From an uncultured Nitrospiraceae bacterium (GTDB lineage: Bacteria; Nitrospirota; Thermodesulfovibrionia; Thermodesulfovibrionales; Dissulfurispiraceae), in NCBI GenBank assembly GCA_947085205.1, contig CAMTVO010000024.1, positions 1 to 38,303 on the forward strand: a stretch of 38,303 bases of DNA, written 5' to 3'. Under the pieces are notes generated by a model. The model saw nothing but the letters and a program-made list of their open reading frames with translations, searched no databases and was not told where the DNA came from. Both the position numbers and the translations under genes were made by a program. Shown here one piece after another: positions 1-10,198 of the stretch (positions are counted from its first letter, which is position 1; each line of letters begins with the position of its first letter).

Positions 1-125
1 GAGTCTGTTCCCTGCCTCCCATAGCCATAATAGGTTGATTGGGTCTTTGAACCCTTGTCATCATGGAGGATTGGCCGGGAGGCTTCACCTGCCTTGTTCA
101 AATAACTTTTTACGGAGGTGCTGCT

Positions 126-1316
126 TTGAATCATTTCTTTGTTGGTATTGATGTATCTAAGGATTCTTTTTCTGCTACAGGCATTGATGTTAAGGGAAAT
201 GTCTGTTTCTCTATTACTGCTGCTATGGATAAAGACGGTTTCTCTGAACTGATGAAGGCTATTACTTCTAACTGTAAAGACCTCTCTGCTGTCATGGCTG
301 CTATGGAGTCCACAGGCTGCTACCATATCAATCTCTTTTCCTTCCTGTCCGCTAAGGAAATCAATGCCATTGTGATTAATCCCCTTCTGATCTCTAATTT
401 CGCTAAGCTGTCTTTGAGAAAGGCCAAGACAGATAAGAAAGACTCTCTCACTATTGCACGATTTATCCTTATACATAAAGATTCCATTGAGCAGTTTTCT
501 ATCTCTCAGGACACTAAGGACTTCAGGGATATTGCCAGAGAAAGAGAGTCTATCTCCCACTTTATCGCTTCTACGAAAAACGAGGTTAAGAGGATTCTTC
601 AGAGTATCTTTCCTGAACTGGAGTCTATCTGTAATGTCTTTACTACAACTATGCTGCTGTTTCTTAAAGAATTCCCCTCTGCCCGTTTTATCAGGGCCGC
701 TAAGGCTAAGGTTGTTGCAGAGGCGCTTGAGCGCTGCGGCAGGGGCAGAAGGGTCTCTATCAGCGCCGATGAGATTATTAAGGCTGCCAAAGGCTCTATT
801 GCTTCCAATAGTCTTGCTAAGGAACTCATTCTGCCTCAGAAGATCTCTACGCTCCTTCATCTTATGGAGCAATTGGATAAGCTCTCCGGCATTCTCTCTG
901 AGCTCTGCGAGTCCATTGCTATTAAAGAGATGGAAATTATTACTTCCATTGACGGTATCGGTGATACTACAGGAGCTGCTTTCCTTGCTGAAATAGGCGA
1001 TATCAACAACTTCTCTTCTCATAAGTCTCTTATTGCCTACGCAGGAATTGACCCTACTGTCTTTCAGTCCGGCAAGTTTCAGGGAACAAGCAGAATCTCT
1101 AAAAGAGGCAATCGCCATCTCAGGAGAATTGTCTATCTTATGACTATCGGCGTTATCAGATGTAATGCCTTCTTTAAGGCTTATTTCCTTAAAAGAAAAC
1201 AGGATGGCCTGCCTTTCAGAAAGGCTGTCTTGGCTACTGCTCATAAGTTGATTAGAACTGTTTTCGCTATGCTTTCTCATAATTCTTATTTCTCGGTTAA
1301 GGAGAATTCTTTATAG
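126..1316 (+). mobile_element. IS110-family transposase (DEDD RuvC-like + Tnp domain); element extends left beyond the window
   Basis: Motifs GIDVSK, MESTG, KTDKKD and FQSGK...SKRGN. RBS GGAGG at 114-118 favours a TTG start at 126 rather than the ORF-track start at 63. T-rich codon usage differs from the neighbouring genes. Confidence 0.95.
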
Positions 1317-1348
1317 TTGACTCCGTTATTAATATCGTATAAAAGAAT

Positions 1349-2641
1349 TTATTCCCTGTCAATTTTTTCGAGTTTAACCTTAGCTGTCCTCTGTCCAATC
1401 ATCTCAATTACCCTTAATTTTTTGCCTTCGAGTTCTATGGTGTCGCCTGTCTGTGGTATCCTCTGGAGATATGTCACGATAAAACCTCCGAGGGTTTCGT
1501 ATTCAGTAGACTCAGGTATCTCTACATTATAATCCTCCATTAGGTCCCTGACGCTTATGGATGCATCTATTATCATTGAACCGTCGCTCAACTGGATAAC
1601 AGGACTCTCGATATCGTACTCGTCCCTGATTTCGCCTACAATCTCCTCAAGAAGGTCTTCCAGTGTCACAAGTCCTGAAACGCCGCCATATTCGTCGATA
1701 ACTATTGCCATGTGAACCCTCTTCTTCTGCATTTCCCTCAAGAGAATGCTTATCTTCATCGTCTCAGGGATAAACATAGGAGACTTTATGATTTTATGTA
1801 TATCAACTGAACCCGTTTTTGAGAGGATATTATAAAAGTCCTTTGCATAGAGGATGCCCCTGATATCATTTATGTCCTTGCCTGTGACTGGATAACGGGA
1901 AAATTTCTCCTCAGAAATGATCGACTTTGCTTCCTCAGCAGGCATATTAATTCCAATGGTAATCATCTGGGGGGCAGGGATCATCACTTCTTTAACAAAG
2001 GTATCTGTAAATTCAAAAACGCTGTGTATGAGCTCCTTTTCTTCGGGTTCAAAGATGCCCCGTTCTTTGCCCTCTTCAATAAGCATCTTTATCTCTTCCT
2101 CTGTAATGTATCCCCTTTCGCTGAATGCCCTTTTACCAAAGGGTTTCAATAGGACGTTGGTGCTTACTGTAAGGATACCGACGAATATTGTGGCCAACTT
2201 AGAAAACCTGTCTACTGTCCGAGCGGTCAGGAGTCCAATGGTCTCCGGGTTAGAAAGGGCTATTGACTTTGGGATGAGTTCCCCAAAAACAAGGGAAAAA
2301 TACGTGATAATCGCAACCACAATTCCTATAGATATCGCCTCGCTTGAGGCAGAGATAAAAGGTATATGAATGGTCTTTAATACAGGCTTTATGACCTCTA
2401 CTGCAACTGCACCACCTATAGCAGATGCCAGTGCCCCTGCCAGTGTAACACCGATCTGTATCGTTGCGAGGAATCTGTCAGGTTCATCCCTGAGTTTATT
2501 CAAGACATCGGCGTTCTTTCGACCTTCCTCAACTAACTGTTTGATACGCGTCTTTCTTGCTGTAACCACTGCTATTTCTGAGGCAGCAAAAAAGCCGTTT
2601 ATAAGGATGCATATTGATATGAGGATTATCTCAAGCCACAT
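1349..2641 (-). CDS. HlyC/CorC (CNNM/DUF21 + CBS pair + CorC) family transporter-associated protein
   Basis: NGFFAASE, FLATIQIG, GELIPK, DEYGG and LEDLLEEIVGEI motifs. Likely start is ATG 2641 (MWLE...). Confidence 0.92.
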   Translation of the reverse strand: MWLEIILISICILINGFFAASEIAVVTARKTRIKQLVEEGRKNADVLNKLRDEPDRFLATIQIGVTLAGALASAIGGAVAVEVIKPVLKTIHIPFISASSEAISIGIVVAIITYFSLVFGELIPKSIALSNPETIGLLTARTVDRFSKLATIFVGILTVSTNVLLKPFGKRAFSERGYITEEEIKMLIEEGKERGIFEPEEKELIHSVFEFTDTFVKEVMIPAPQMITIGINMPAEEAKSIISEEKFSRYPVTGKDINDIRGILYAKDFYNILSKTGSVDIHKIIKSPMFIPETMKISILLREMQKKRVHMAIVIDEYGGVSGLVTLEDLLEEIVGEIRDEYDIESPVIQLSDGSMIIDASISVRDLMEDYNVEIPESTEYETLGGFIVTYLQRIPQTGDTIELEGKKLRVIEMIGQRTAKVKLEKIDRE

Positions 2642-2753
2642 ATTTATGAGGGGACATGAGATGAAGGGCAATGGACAAAAGCCAAGTTAATGACCGCTGC
2701 CCTTGGGGTTTGTTAGGAATATACGGCTCCCGACTTGATAGATTAGGATCCAT
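2631..2753 (-). CDS. Putative 40-aa leader peptide/uORF overlapping the corC-family start
   Basis: Translated by hand as MDPNLSSREPYIPNKPQGQRSLTWLLSIALHLMSPHKYVA*. ATG lies 8 nt after TG-a-TATAAT; overlaps the downstream gene by 11 nt. Confidence 0.4.
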   Translation of the reverse strand: MDPNLSSREPYIPNKPQGQRSLTWLLSIALHLMSPHKYVA

Positions 2754-2773
2754 GTGATGTAATTATATCATGT

Positions 2774-4012
2774 TTAAGGATTAACCGTAAGTATCATCCT
2801 GACCATTTCCGGATAGTGCGCTATCAGCTTCAGTTCGTCGTCTGTAAGGGGCTTCTGCGTATGCAGGTTTGCATACTGGGCAAGCTCAAGAATCTTCCTC
2901 GCCTCGTTGTCGTCATGAAACTCTATTCCTAACTTACTGTAGACATGTCTGAAGCCTTTTATGCCTCCGTATTCTCCGGTTGTTATGACACGTCCTGTTT
3001 CTACAAGCTCATGCTCTCCCCTTCCTACATCTTCGGGGTCGTAAAGCTCGTAGCTCCTTCTGTCCTTCAATGCGCCGTCTGCATGGATTCCTGACTCGTG
3101 CGCAAAGGCATTAGCGCCCACGCCTGGCTGGGTTATGGGGATTGGAAGATTGAAGGAATAGGATGCGTACTTAGCTATCTTCCATGACTTTTTCAAATCC
3201 ACATGCTCATCGAGAGGCACTTTATCCTTAACACCGTGCGAGAACTTTAATGCAAGAATTGTAGATACGAGGTCGCAGTTTCCTGCCCTCTCTCCATATC
3301 CGTTTATTGTGGTGTTTATATAAGCATCAACGCCTGCTTCTATTGCTCCCTGAGCGCCGGCAACAGAGACGGCCTCACCCATACCGAGGTCGTTATGGCA
3401 ATGCATCTCCACAGGGACTTTTGTTGCGAATGAAAGCGCCTTTATCCTGTCGTAAATTGTTATAGGGTCGTCTGCTCCAAGAGTATCGCAGTATCTGAAT
3501 CTGTCTGCACCTGCCTCCTTGCCTGCAAGTGTAAACTCGATAAGCCTGTCGAGTTCGGTCCTCGACGCATCCTCTGCATTAACGCCGACTGTCTCTGCTC
3601 CGAGTTCTTTTGCAAGCTTTACCGCCTCTTTTACTGTCTTCAATATATCCTTCCATGACTTTTTGCCCATGAATTTTGCACGAAGCATTATCTCCGAGGT
3701 GGACATCGAAACATTGAGATGCTTAAGTCCCGGACAGTTCTTAAAGGACAATTTTACATCCTCGGGCACAGCCCTGCACCATCCCTCAAGGTGAATCCTC
3801 TTCATTGCACCTGCTTTAGCAAGTTCTATATTTGCATTAATATACTTGACTTCGTGTTTAAGCGTAGGGAAGCCCACCTCGCTCTGGTAGATTCCCATCT
3901 CATCGAGGTATATATTCAGCATGGTCTTTGAAAGCTTCGGCAGCAAAATCCTCGATGTCTGCACGCCGTCTCTATTTGTGACGTCAATGAGATATACTTT
4001 GCTGTTATTCAT
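2774..4012 (-). CDS. DRE-TIM metallolyase, homocitrate-synthase-like (possibly Re-citrate synthase)
   Basis: DVTNRDGVQ, HCHNDLG, GYGERAGN and FAHESGIH motifs; no LeuA regulatory domain. RBS GGAGG precedes ATG 4012. Confidence 0.8.
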   Translation of the reverse strand: MNNSKVYLIDVTNRDGVQTSRILLPKLSKTMLNIYLDEMGIYQSEVGFPTLKHEVKYINANIELAKAGAMKRIHLEGWCRAVPEDVKLSFKNCPGLKHLNVSMSTSEIMLRAKFMGKKSWKDILKTVKEAVKLAKELGAETVGVNAEDASRTELDRLIEFTLAGKEAGADRFRYCDTLGADDPITIYDRIKALSFATKVPVEMHCHNDLGMGEAVSVAGAQGAIEAGVDAYINTTINGYGERAGNCDLVSTILALKFSHGVKDKVPLDEHVDLKKSWKIAKYASYSFNLPIPITQPGVGANAFAHESGIHADGALKDRRSYELYDPEDVGRGEHELVETGRVITTGEYGGIKGFRHVYSKLGIEFHDDNEARKILELAQYANLHTQKPLTDDELKLIAHYPEMVRMILTVNP

Positions 4013-4043
4013 TGTCCTCCTTACTCCTGTCTTTTCTTTATTT

Positions 4044-4532
4044 TTATTTCTTTTTTGTGATTTCCCTTGCAATGGCAACCTTCCCTGTCCTTACAAACTC
4101 CTTTATGCCCATTGGTTTCATCAGTTCGATGAATGCCTCTATCTTTTTCTCATCACCTGTAATCTCTATTGTGTAGGTATTAGGGCTGGAGTCAACAACC
4201 CTTCCCCTGAATATCTCGGCTATCCTCAAGACCTCTGCCTTGTTTTCCTGCCTCGGGGAGACCTTTACCAGCACCATTTCCCTTTCCACATGGTCGAGCT
4301 CCGTTAGATCGGTAACCTTTATCACATCAATAAGTTTGTTCAACTGTTTCGTAATCTGCTCTATTACCCAATCGTCTCCTGTGGTGACAATGGTCATAAT
4401 CGAGACCTGAGGGTCTATCGTCTCGCCGACAGAAAGGCTCTCAATATTGTATCCCCTTCCGCTGAAAAGGCCTGACACTCTCGAAAGGACTCCGAATTTA
4501 TTCTCAACAAGAACAGAAATAGTATGTCTCAT
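4044..4532 (-). CDS. ilvN: Acetolactate synthase small (regulatory) subunit
   Basis: [36 protein letters not shown] domain; directly downstream of ilvB. Confidence 0.97.
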   Translation of the reverse strand: MRHTISVLVENKFGVLSRVSGLFSGRGYNIESLSVGETIDPQVSIMTIVTTGDDWVIEQITKQLNKLIDVIKVTDLTELDHVEREMVLVKVSPRQENKAEVLRIAEIFRGRVVDSSPNTYTIEITGDEKKIEAFIELMKPMGIKEFVRTGKVAIAREITKKK

Positions 4533-4544
4533 TCGTAACCTCCG

Positions 4545-6278
4545 TTATTTCACAGCCTTAAGTTTCTTCTCAGTCTTTTTCTCTTTCTCTTCAAAGAGCA
4601 TCAAGTCCAGTGTGGCGCCAGCAGGAACCATCGGATATACCTTTTCCTTCCAGTCAACAACAAAATCCATGAAGACAGGTTTCTGTATCTTAAATGCCTC
4701 TTTTAAAACAGGTTCCACCTCGCTCGGCTTTGTTGCCCTTAAACCGACTGCGCCGTATGCATGAGCAAGCTCGACAAAATCAGGCGTGACATCCAGATGG
4801 GTATGCGAATACCTCTCCTGATAGAAGAGCTCCTGCCATTGCCTGACCATTCCCAGATACCTGTTATTGAGGATTGCTACCTTAACAGGAAGCTTGTATA
4901 TAACCGCAGTCGCAAGCTCCTGTATGTTCATCTGAATACTCCCGTCGCCTGCTATGTCTATAACGAGTTTATCCGGATGCGCCAACTGTGCGCCTATGGC
5001 TGCCGGGAACCCATATCCCATTGTCCCGAGACCTCCTGATGTCAAAAGCTTTCTCGGTTTGTCGAACTTATAAAATTGAGCCGCCCACATCTGGTTCTGC
5101 CCCACCTCTGTTGTTATAATGGCATCTCCTTTTGTGACTTCGTATATCTTCTCCACAACAAACTGGGGCTTAATTACTTCTGAGCTTGGAGTGTAGCTCA
5201 TAGGCCTTTCCTTTTTCCATTCCGCTATCTGCTTAAGCCATGATTTCCTTACTTCTCCCCACTGTGCTTTGACATCTTCTTTTAAAATCTTGTTAAGCGC
5301 TGAAAGAACCTTCTTTATGTCTCCAACTATAGGAACATCGACCCTTACATTTTTCCTTATGGATGTTGGGTCTATGTCTATGTGAACTATCTTTGCATGG
5401 GGCGCAAATCCTTCTATCTTTCCTGTTACCCTGTCGTCAAATCTCATACCTATTGCAATCAACAAATCCGAGTCCTGAACGCTCTTGTTCGCATAGTATG
5501 TGCCGTGCATGCCGAGCATTCCCAACGATAAGTCGTGCGTGCCGGGGAATGCGCCAAGTCCCATTAATGTCATAGTCACAGGAATATCCGCATGCTCTGC
5601 AAGCTCCTTTAACTCTTTTGATGCGCCTGAGATTATGCAGCCGCCGCCGGCAATTATTAGAGGCTTTTTTGCCCTTGCAATCTCATGGGCAGCCTTTTCT
5701 ATCATCCACTTGTTTCCTTCATAGGTTGGATTATAACTCCTGATATCTATCTTTTCAGGCCATATAAAATCCGTCTTGCCTGATGTCACATCCTTAGGCA
5801 AATCTATCAATACAGGACCAGGCCTTCCTGTGGTAGCTATATGAAATGCCTCCCTTATCTGACTCGCGAGGTCTTTTACATCCTTTGCAAGAATATTGTA
5901 CTTTGTGCAAGACCTCGTTATACCCACAATATCCGCTTCCTGAAATGCATCGTTGCCTATAAGGACAGTAGGAACCTGACCTGTCATAACTACCAGAGGA
6001 ATAGAGTCCATCGATGCTGTTGCTATGCCCGTAACTGTATTCGTAGCGCCTGGTCCTGATGTCACAAGCACCACTCCGGGCTTTCCGGTTGCCCTTGCAT
6101 AGCCGTCTGCCGCATGGACAGCCCCTTGCTCATGTCTTGTGAGAATCAGCTTTAAGTCCTTCTCATCGTAAAGGAGGTCGAAGATATTTAATATGACGCC
6201 TCCAGGGTATCCAAAGATATGTTTTACACCTTCTCTTTTCAGACTTTCAATTATTATCTCAGCGCCCGACATTTTCAT
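4545..6278 (-). CDS. ilvB: Acetolactate synthase large subunit
   Basis: [20 protein letters not shown] and the GDGS...NN TPP motif. Confidence 0.97.
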   Translation of the reverse strand: MKMSGAEIIIESLKREGVKHIFGYPGGVILNIFDLLYDEKDLKLILTRHEQGAVHAADGYARATGKPGVVLVTSGPGATNTVTGIATASMDSIPLVVMTGQVPTVLIGNDAFQEADIVGITRSCTKYNILAKDVKDLASQIREAFHIATTGRPGPVLIDLPKDVTSGKTDFIWPEKIDIRSYNPTYEGNKWMIEKAAHEIARAKKPLIIAGGGCIISGASKELKELAEHADIPVTMTLMGLGAFPGTHDLSLGMLGMHGTYYANKSVQDSDLLIAIGMRFDDRVTGKIEGFAPHAKIVHIDIDPTSIRKNVRVDVPIVGDIKKVLSALNKILKEDVKAQWGEVRKSWLKQIAEWKKERPMSYTPSSEVIKPQFVVEKIYEVTKGDAIITTEVGQNQMWAAQFYKFDKPRKLLTSGGLGTMGYGFPAAIGAQLAHPDKLVIDIAGDGSIQMNIQELATAVIYKLPVKVAILNNRYLGMVRQWQELFYQERYSHTHLDVTPDFVELAHAYGAVGLRATKPSEVEPVLKEAFKIQKPVFMDFVVDWKEKVYPMVPAGATLDLMLFEEKEKKTEKKLKAVK

Positions 6279-6399
6279 AGTTCAGCTCCTTGTTTAAAAG
6301 GTTCGTTAAGTTATGAGTTATTAGAATATCATAATTTTCATTAACTTTTCCATAATGAAAGGACAAAACGTAAGACTGAGAACGTTTCAGAGCTTTGAT

Positions 6400-7689
6400 C
6401 TATTCATTTTCTCCGGGGACTTGCTCAAGATATAGTTCTCCTGAATCGTAATCGTATGCAAACAATTCTGCATATCTGCCCCAGTCTATGGCAGTTTCGA
6501 GCTGATTCCATGCCTGTTCGGTGGTGAAATGATTTTGGAGTATTCCTATAAAAAAGTCTTCCGCCATCTTGTGCTTTAAAGTGGATAACAAGACCTGCAT
6601 TATCTGTTTTATCAACTGAATATTGCTGAGCGCAGTATCCCTGAATATCTCCTTTTTCTGAAGGGTATCTGCCTCGGAAAACGCCGCGCCTTTTTCCGTT
6701 ATTATAAAGTCGCCTTCCCTTATTTCTCCGAAACCAAGGAAAACCGCGGCTTCTATAATAGGGAAAATATCGTCAACTTCCATGCTGAGTTCGGAGGCAA
6801 GAGTTGAAATATCAATCCTTCCTCCATTGTCATGAACCATTTCTATCAGACCCGCTATAGCGCCTACCTTTGCATGAGGCAGGAATTGGTAACGTTCAAA
6901 TCTCAGTAAAAATGGTATCTCTTCCGCAGGCTTTGTGAGTATTGTGTAAATTCTGTCAACTACATATTGAAATTCTCTCGTATTTTTATCTCTCGGATAT
7001 GGCATCTCAATTGGTATGTCAGCCTTGACTCTGGCTGGATTATGACTTAGCACTATTGCCCTGCCGGACATAAATACGGCTTCCTCTATGTTATGGGTAA
7101 CAAATATTACTGATTTTATGGGCATCTTCTTTTCAGTCCAAAGATCAATAAGTTCGCTCTTTAAATTATCAGCCGTGAGCACATCCAGCGCCGAGAAGGG
7201 CTCGTCCATGAAAAGCACCTCCGGCTCAAGCGCAAGCGCCCTGGCAATGCCGACACGCTGGCGCATGCCTCCCGAAAGCTCTCGTGGATATGCATCTTCA
7301 AATCCGTCCAAACCTACCATATCCAGCATCTTTACGGCACGCTCACGGGCTTCTTCGTCTTCAAAACCGTATGATTTAAGCCCAAGCTCTGCATTTTCAA
7401 GCACCGAGAGCCATGGAAACAGCGCAAAGCTCTGAAAGACCATGCCTATCTTGGGCTTAACGCTTTTAAGAGGCTCTCCGTTATAAAGAATATCCCCTGC
7501 CGACGGCGCTGCAAGCCCAGCAATTATTCTGAGCAGTGTTGATTTCCCGGCTCCTGAAGGTCCGAGAATGGAGACGAATTCTCCTTCCATAACCTTGATG
7601 TTTATATCTTCAAGGACGATTATTTCTTTCCCGCCGCTCATGGGAAACGACTTGGTCAGATTTCTGGTCTCCAGAACAGCAACTGACAT
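6400..7689 (-). CDS. NitT/TauT-family ABC transporter ATP-binding protein with C-terminal AAA-associated domain
   Basis: GPSGAGKST, LSGGMRQR, MDEPFSALD, plus a ~170-aa C-terminal extension (IDWGRYAELF). Confidence 0.92.
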   Translation of the reverse strand: MSVAVLETRNLTKSFPMSGGKEIIVLEDINIKVMEGEFVSILGPSGAGKSTLLRIIAGLAAPSAGDILYNGEPLKSVKPKIGMVFQSFALFPWLSVLENAELGLKSYGFEDEEARERAVKMLDMVGLDGFEDAYPRELSGGMRQRVGIARALALEPEVLFMDEPFSALDVLTADNLKSELIDLWTEKKMPIKSVIFVTHNIEEAVFMSGRAIVLSHNPARVKADIPIEMPYPRDKNTREFQYVVDRIYTILTKPAEEIPFLLRFERYQFLPHAKVGAIAGLIEMVHDNGGRIDISTLASELSMEVDDIFPIIEAAVFLGFGEIREGDFIITEKGAAFSEADTLQKKEIFRDTALSNIQLIKQIMQVLLSTLKHKMAEDFFIGILQNHFTTEQAWNQLETAIDWGRYAELFAYDYDSGELYLEQVPGENE

Positions 7690-7699
7690 TATGCTCTCC

Positions 7700-9415
7700 T
7701 CAATCCAAGCGGTATTTTTCCTGCGCTAAAGTGAATAGCCTTTTCCATAATAGACGATTTATGCTCACCACTACAACTGCCATTACGATTGTGCTTAAAA
7801 GCAAAAGACCTAAATTGCCTGAAACAGTTGATTCGCTTATAAGACTGCCCAATCCTCTTGTCTTCATAACTTCTCCGCCGAACGTTACGTATTCCGACAC
7901 AATGCTTGCATTCCATGCGCCGCCGGTTGCTGTTATCATTCCCGTAACAAGATAGGGGAAAATGCCGGGCAGAATCAGCACTTTCCATTTCCGTATTCCT
8001 TTCAAGCCGTACAGGGCGGCAGTTTCCCTCAGATCTTGCGGAATTGCCGATGCCCCGGCAATAACATTAAAAAGAATATACCATTGTGTGCCTAAAAGCA
8101 TTAAAAAAACAGACCCTACGGCAAGTCCTCCCCCAAGCTTTATGAGAAAGAGTAGAACCACAGGGAATACTGCTGTGGCAGGAATAGAGGCTATAACCTG
8201 TACAATCGGTTGCAGCACTTTGGATGCCTTAGGGTTGAGACCTATGTAAACTCCGAGCGGCACTGTCCAGAGAGAGGCAATTGCGATTGCAGCGGACGTT
8301 CTAATAAGAGAGGCAAATGCAGCGGCTATAACTGCCGCATACTCCCCTGCGGTAATACCTGAAAAAAGAAGTCCAGCTCTTATCAGCGCCCATACCATCA
8401 AACTAAGAGCCCCGATGCCGAGAATAAAGGTCATGCCTTTACGCAGGATGCCAACTATCTTTCTCTCAGGAAGCGCCTCTATTCTTTCATAAAAAGCTTC
8501 CGCATTATTGAGTGTTTTATCCCAAAAGCCTCCTGCGCGTTCTACAAATGGAGACTTCCTTAAGAAATCCAGCACAAGCGACTCCTTTTCATCTTCAGCC
8601 TGCACTGTATCAAACCGGAATTTCTGCGACCACGCAACAACAGGTCTCCATACCAGAAAGTCAAGCAATATTATAACTGCAACCATTGTTCCTATACCGT
8701 AAAAAACATGCGGCATATCGCCAAGGTTAGCCGCAGTCTGGATGTAAGAGCCGAGACCCGGAAGTCTGAAATCCCTGTCTTTCATTACAAACATCTCACA
8801 TGCCATGAGAAAAAACCAACCCCCCGCAACCGACATCATACTATTCCAGACAAGCCCTATTGCGCTGAACGGCATATCAAGCCGCAAAAAACGGGTAAAT
8901 CTATTGAGCCGGAAAATCTTTGTTACTTCAATCAATTCCTTAGGCATTGTATTGATGGAATTATAGTAGCTGAAGGCCATATTCCAGACCTGTCCGGTAA
9001 AAATAAGCAGTATGGATGCCAATTCAATACCTAATCTCCTGCCCGGAAATATTGCTATCATGGCAAGCGTTACCGCAGGCAAAAAAGAAAGCACAGGAAT
9101 TGACTGAAGCACGTCAAGAAGGGGAATCATAATCTTTTCATGAAGCCTGCTCCTGTTGGCAGTATAGCCGTACCAGACCGAAAATAAAAGGGAAAGCATA
9201 TAGGCTATAACTATCCTTACTACTGAATTGGCTGTATAGATAGGTATATTTACGGGATCAAGGTTTATCTCTACGGCAGGCTGCATCTCATAACGCCAGC
9301 CGGATGCGACATAAACAACCAGGGAAAGTATGGCAGCTATAAAAAAGAGGACAACAACATCTATAAACTTAAATCTGACTGATACGAGCGGGATTGAAAA
9401 GGGAATTTTAAGCAT
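7700..9415 (-). CDS. NitT/TauT-family ABC permease (duplicated TM module)
   Basis: Hydrophobic 571 aa; LDVLQSIP, WNSMMSVAGGW and GGAWNASIV motifs; adjacent to the ATPase. Confidence 0.9.
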   Translation of the reverse strand: MLKIPFSIPLVSVRFKFIDVVVLFFIAAILSLVVYVASGWRYEMQPAVEINLDPVNIPIYTANSVVRIVIAYMLSLLFSVWYGYTANRSRLHEKIMIPLLDVLQSIPVLSFLPAVTLAMIAIFPGRRLGIELASILLIFTGQVWNMAFSYYNSINTMPKELIEVTKIFRLNRFTRFLRLDMPFSAIGLVWNSMMSVAGGWFFLMACEMFVMKDRDFRLPGLGSYIQTAANLGDMPHVFYGIGTMVAVIILLDFLVWRPVVAWSQKFRFDTVQAEDEKESLVLDFLRKSPFVERAGGFWDKTLNNAEAFYERIEALPERKIVGILRKGMTFILGIGALSLMVWALIRAGLLFSGITAGEYAAVIAAAFASLIRTSAAIAIASLWTVPLGVYIGLNPKASKVLQPIVQVIASIPATAVFPVVLLFLIKLGGGLAVGSVFLMLLGTQWYILFNVIAGASAIPQDLRETAALYGLKGIRKWKVLILPGIFPYLVTGMITATGGAWNASIVSEYVTFGGEVMKTRGLGSLISESTVSGNLGLLLLSTIVMAVVVVSINRLLWKRLFTLAQEKYRLD

Positions 9416-9427
9416 TTTCAGCCATAG

Positions 9428-9583
9428 TCACGCCCGTTTATTTTTTTCTTCCGGTGTTTTAGATGCTGATCCTTCTATTTTTGCCGCGGGTTCTTCATCC
9501 ATAGCTTTTTTAAACCCGCGTATCGAATCGCCGAGGCTTTTCCCAAGGACATTAAGCTTTTTTGCAGGGCCGCTCTTAACCAT
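9428..9583 (-). pseudogene. 51-aa chimeric ORF: TatA-like amphipathic helix without a TM helix, with a possible DUF190-like start
   Basis: MVKSGPAKKLNVLGKSLGDSIRGFKKAMDEE... with RBS AGGAG; LGKSLGxSIRGFKKAM matches the TatA amphipathic helix. Confidence 0.6.
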
Positions 9584-9592
9584 AATTTTCTC

Positions 9593-9967
9593 CTATAAGC
9601 TTTTTGCTAAAAATTCACCGACTTTTAATGCCGTAAACCCGGCAACAACGCTGAAAGCAACATTTGCGGCAGCAATCAGCCATTCCCCGTCTTTTATCAA
9701 TCCGCCTGTTTCGTATTCAAAAGTTGAAAAAGTCGTATATGCTCCTAAAAAACCAACCACTAACAACAAACGCCATTGCGGATTTACCATAAATCTTTCA
9801 GTAAGCAGAGACATTATTAATCCGATAAAGAAGCTGCCGCTCACATTGATAAAAAATGTTCCGAGGGGAAAACTCCTTCCCCACTTCTGTTCAATCCAGA
9901 AGCCTAATGAATATCTCGCTATCGCGCCGAGAAAACCGCCCGCTCCTACAATAAGAAAATTCAGCAT
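9593..9967 (-). CDS. crcB: Fluoride efflux channel Fluc/CrcB
   Basis: GGFLGAIARY, FPLGTFFIN and GFLGAYTTFSTF motifs. Confidence 0.96.
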   Translation of the reverse strand: MLNFLIVGAGGFLGAIARYSLGFWIEQKWGRSFPLGTFFINVSGSFFIGLIMSLLTERFMVNPQWRLLLVVGFLGAYTTFSTFEYETGGLIKDGEWLIAAANVAFSVVAGFTALKVGEFLAKSL

Positions 9968-9998
9968 TGTTAATTATATCAGAATTGAAATATTGACT

Positions 9999-10197
9999 TC
10001 AGTTTTTTCGGATGAAGATAATAAATACGATAAACAGCGCAGCCGACAGGCTCGCCGTAATAGCTCCGAAATAAAATGTCGCTGATGGCGAAATATTATC
10101 CCACAGCCACCCTCCGATGAGGCTTGCGGGAAACATCAACGGCCTTTTTCTTTTCCGTGATGAAAAAAATTATCAGCAGCATGGCAATAACGCCGTG
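9999..10197 (-). pseudogene. MFS transporter remnant (two fused fragments)
   Basis: 9999-10136 reads MFPASLIGGWLWDNISPSATFYFGAITASLSAALFIVFIIFIRKN* (last MFS helices). It is preceded, in another frame, by GVIAMLLIIFFITEKK (TM6-like). Confidence 0.65.
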
Positions 10198-10198
10198 A

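Noticed and set aside
6279..6399. ilv leader-peptide attenuator
   Set aside because: No Leu/Val/Ile-rich short ORF with a terminator found; only a weak agttatg/agttatt repeat.
9330..10085. 251-aa plus-strand ORF and other antisense ORFs in the track (e.g. 454-996, 25324-25941, 36822-37400, 38039-38263)
   Set aside because: Shadow or alternate frames of well-supported genes, with no motifs.
9968..10140. Fluoride riboswitch upstream of crcB
   Set aside because: No GGCGAUGG...CUGAUG-type consensus; crcB appears leaderless and the upstream DNA is an MFS remnant.
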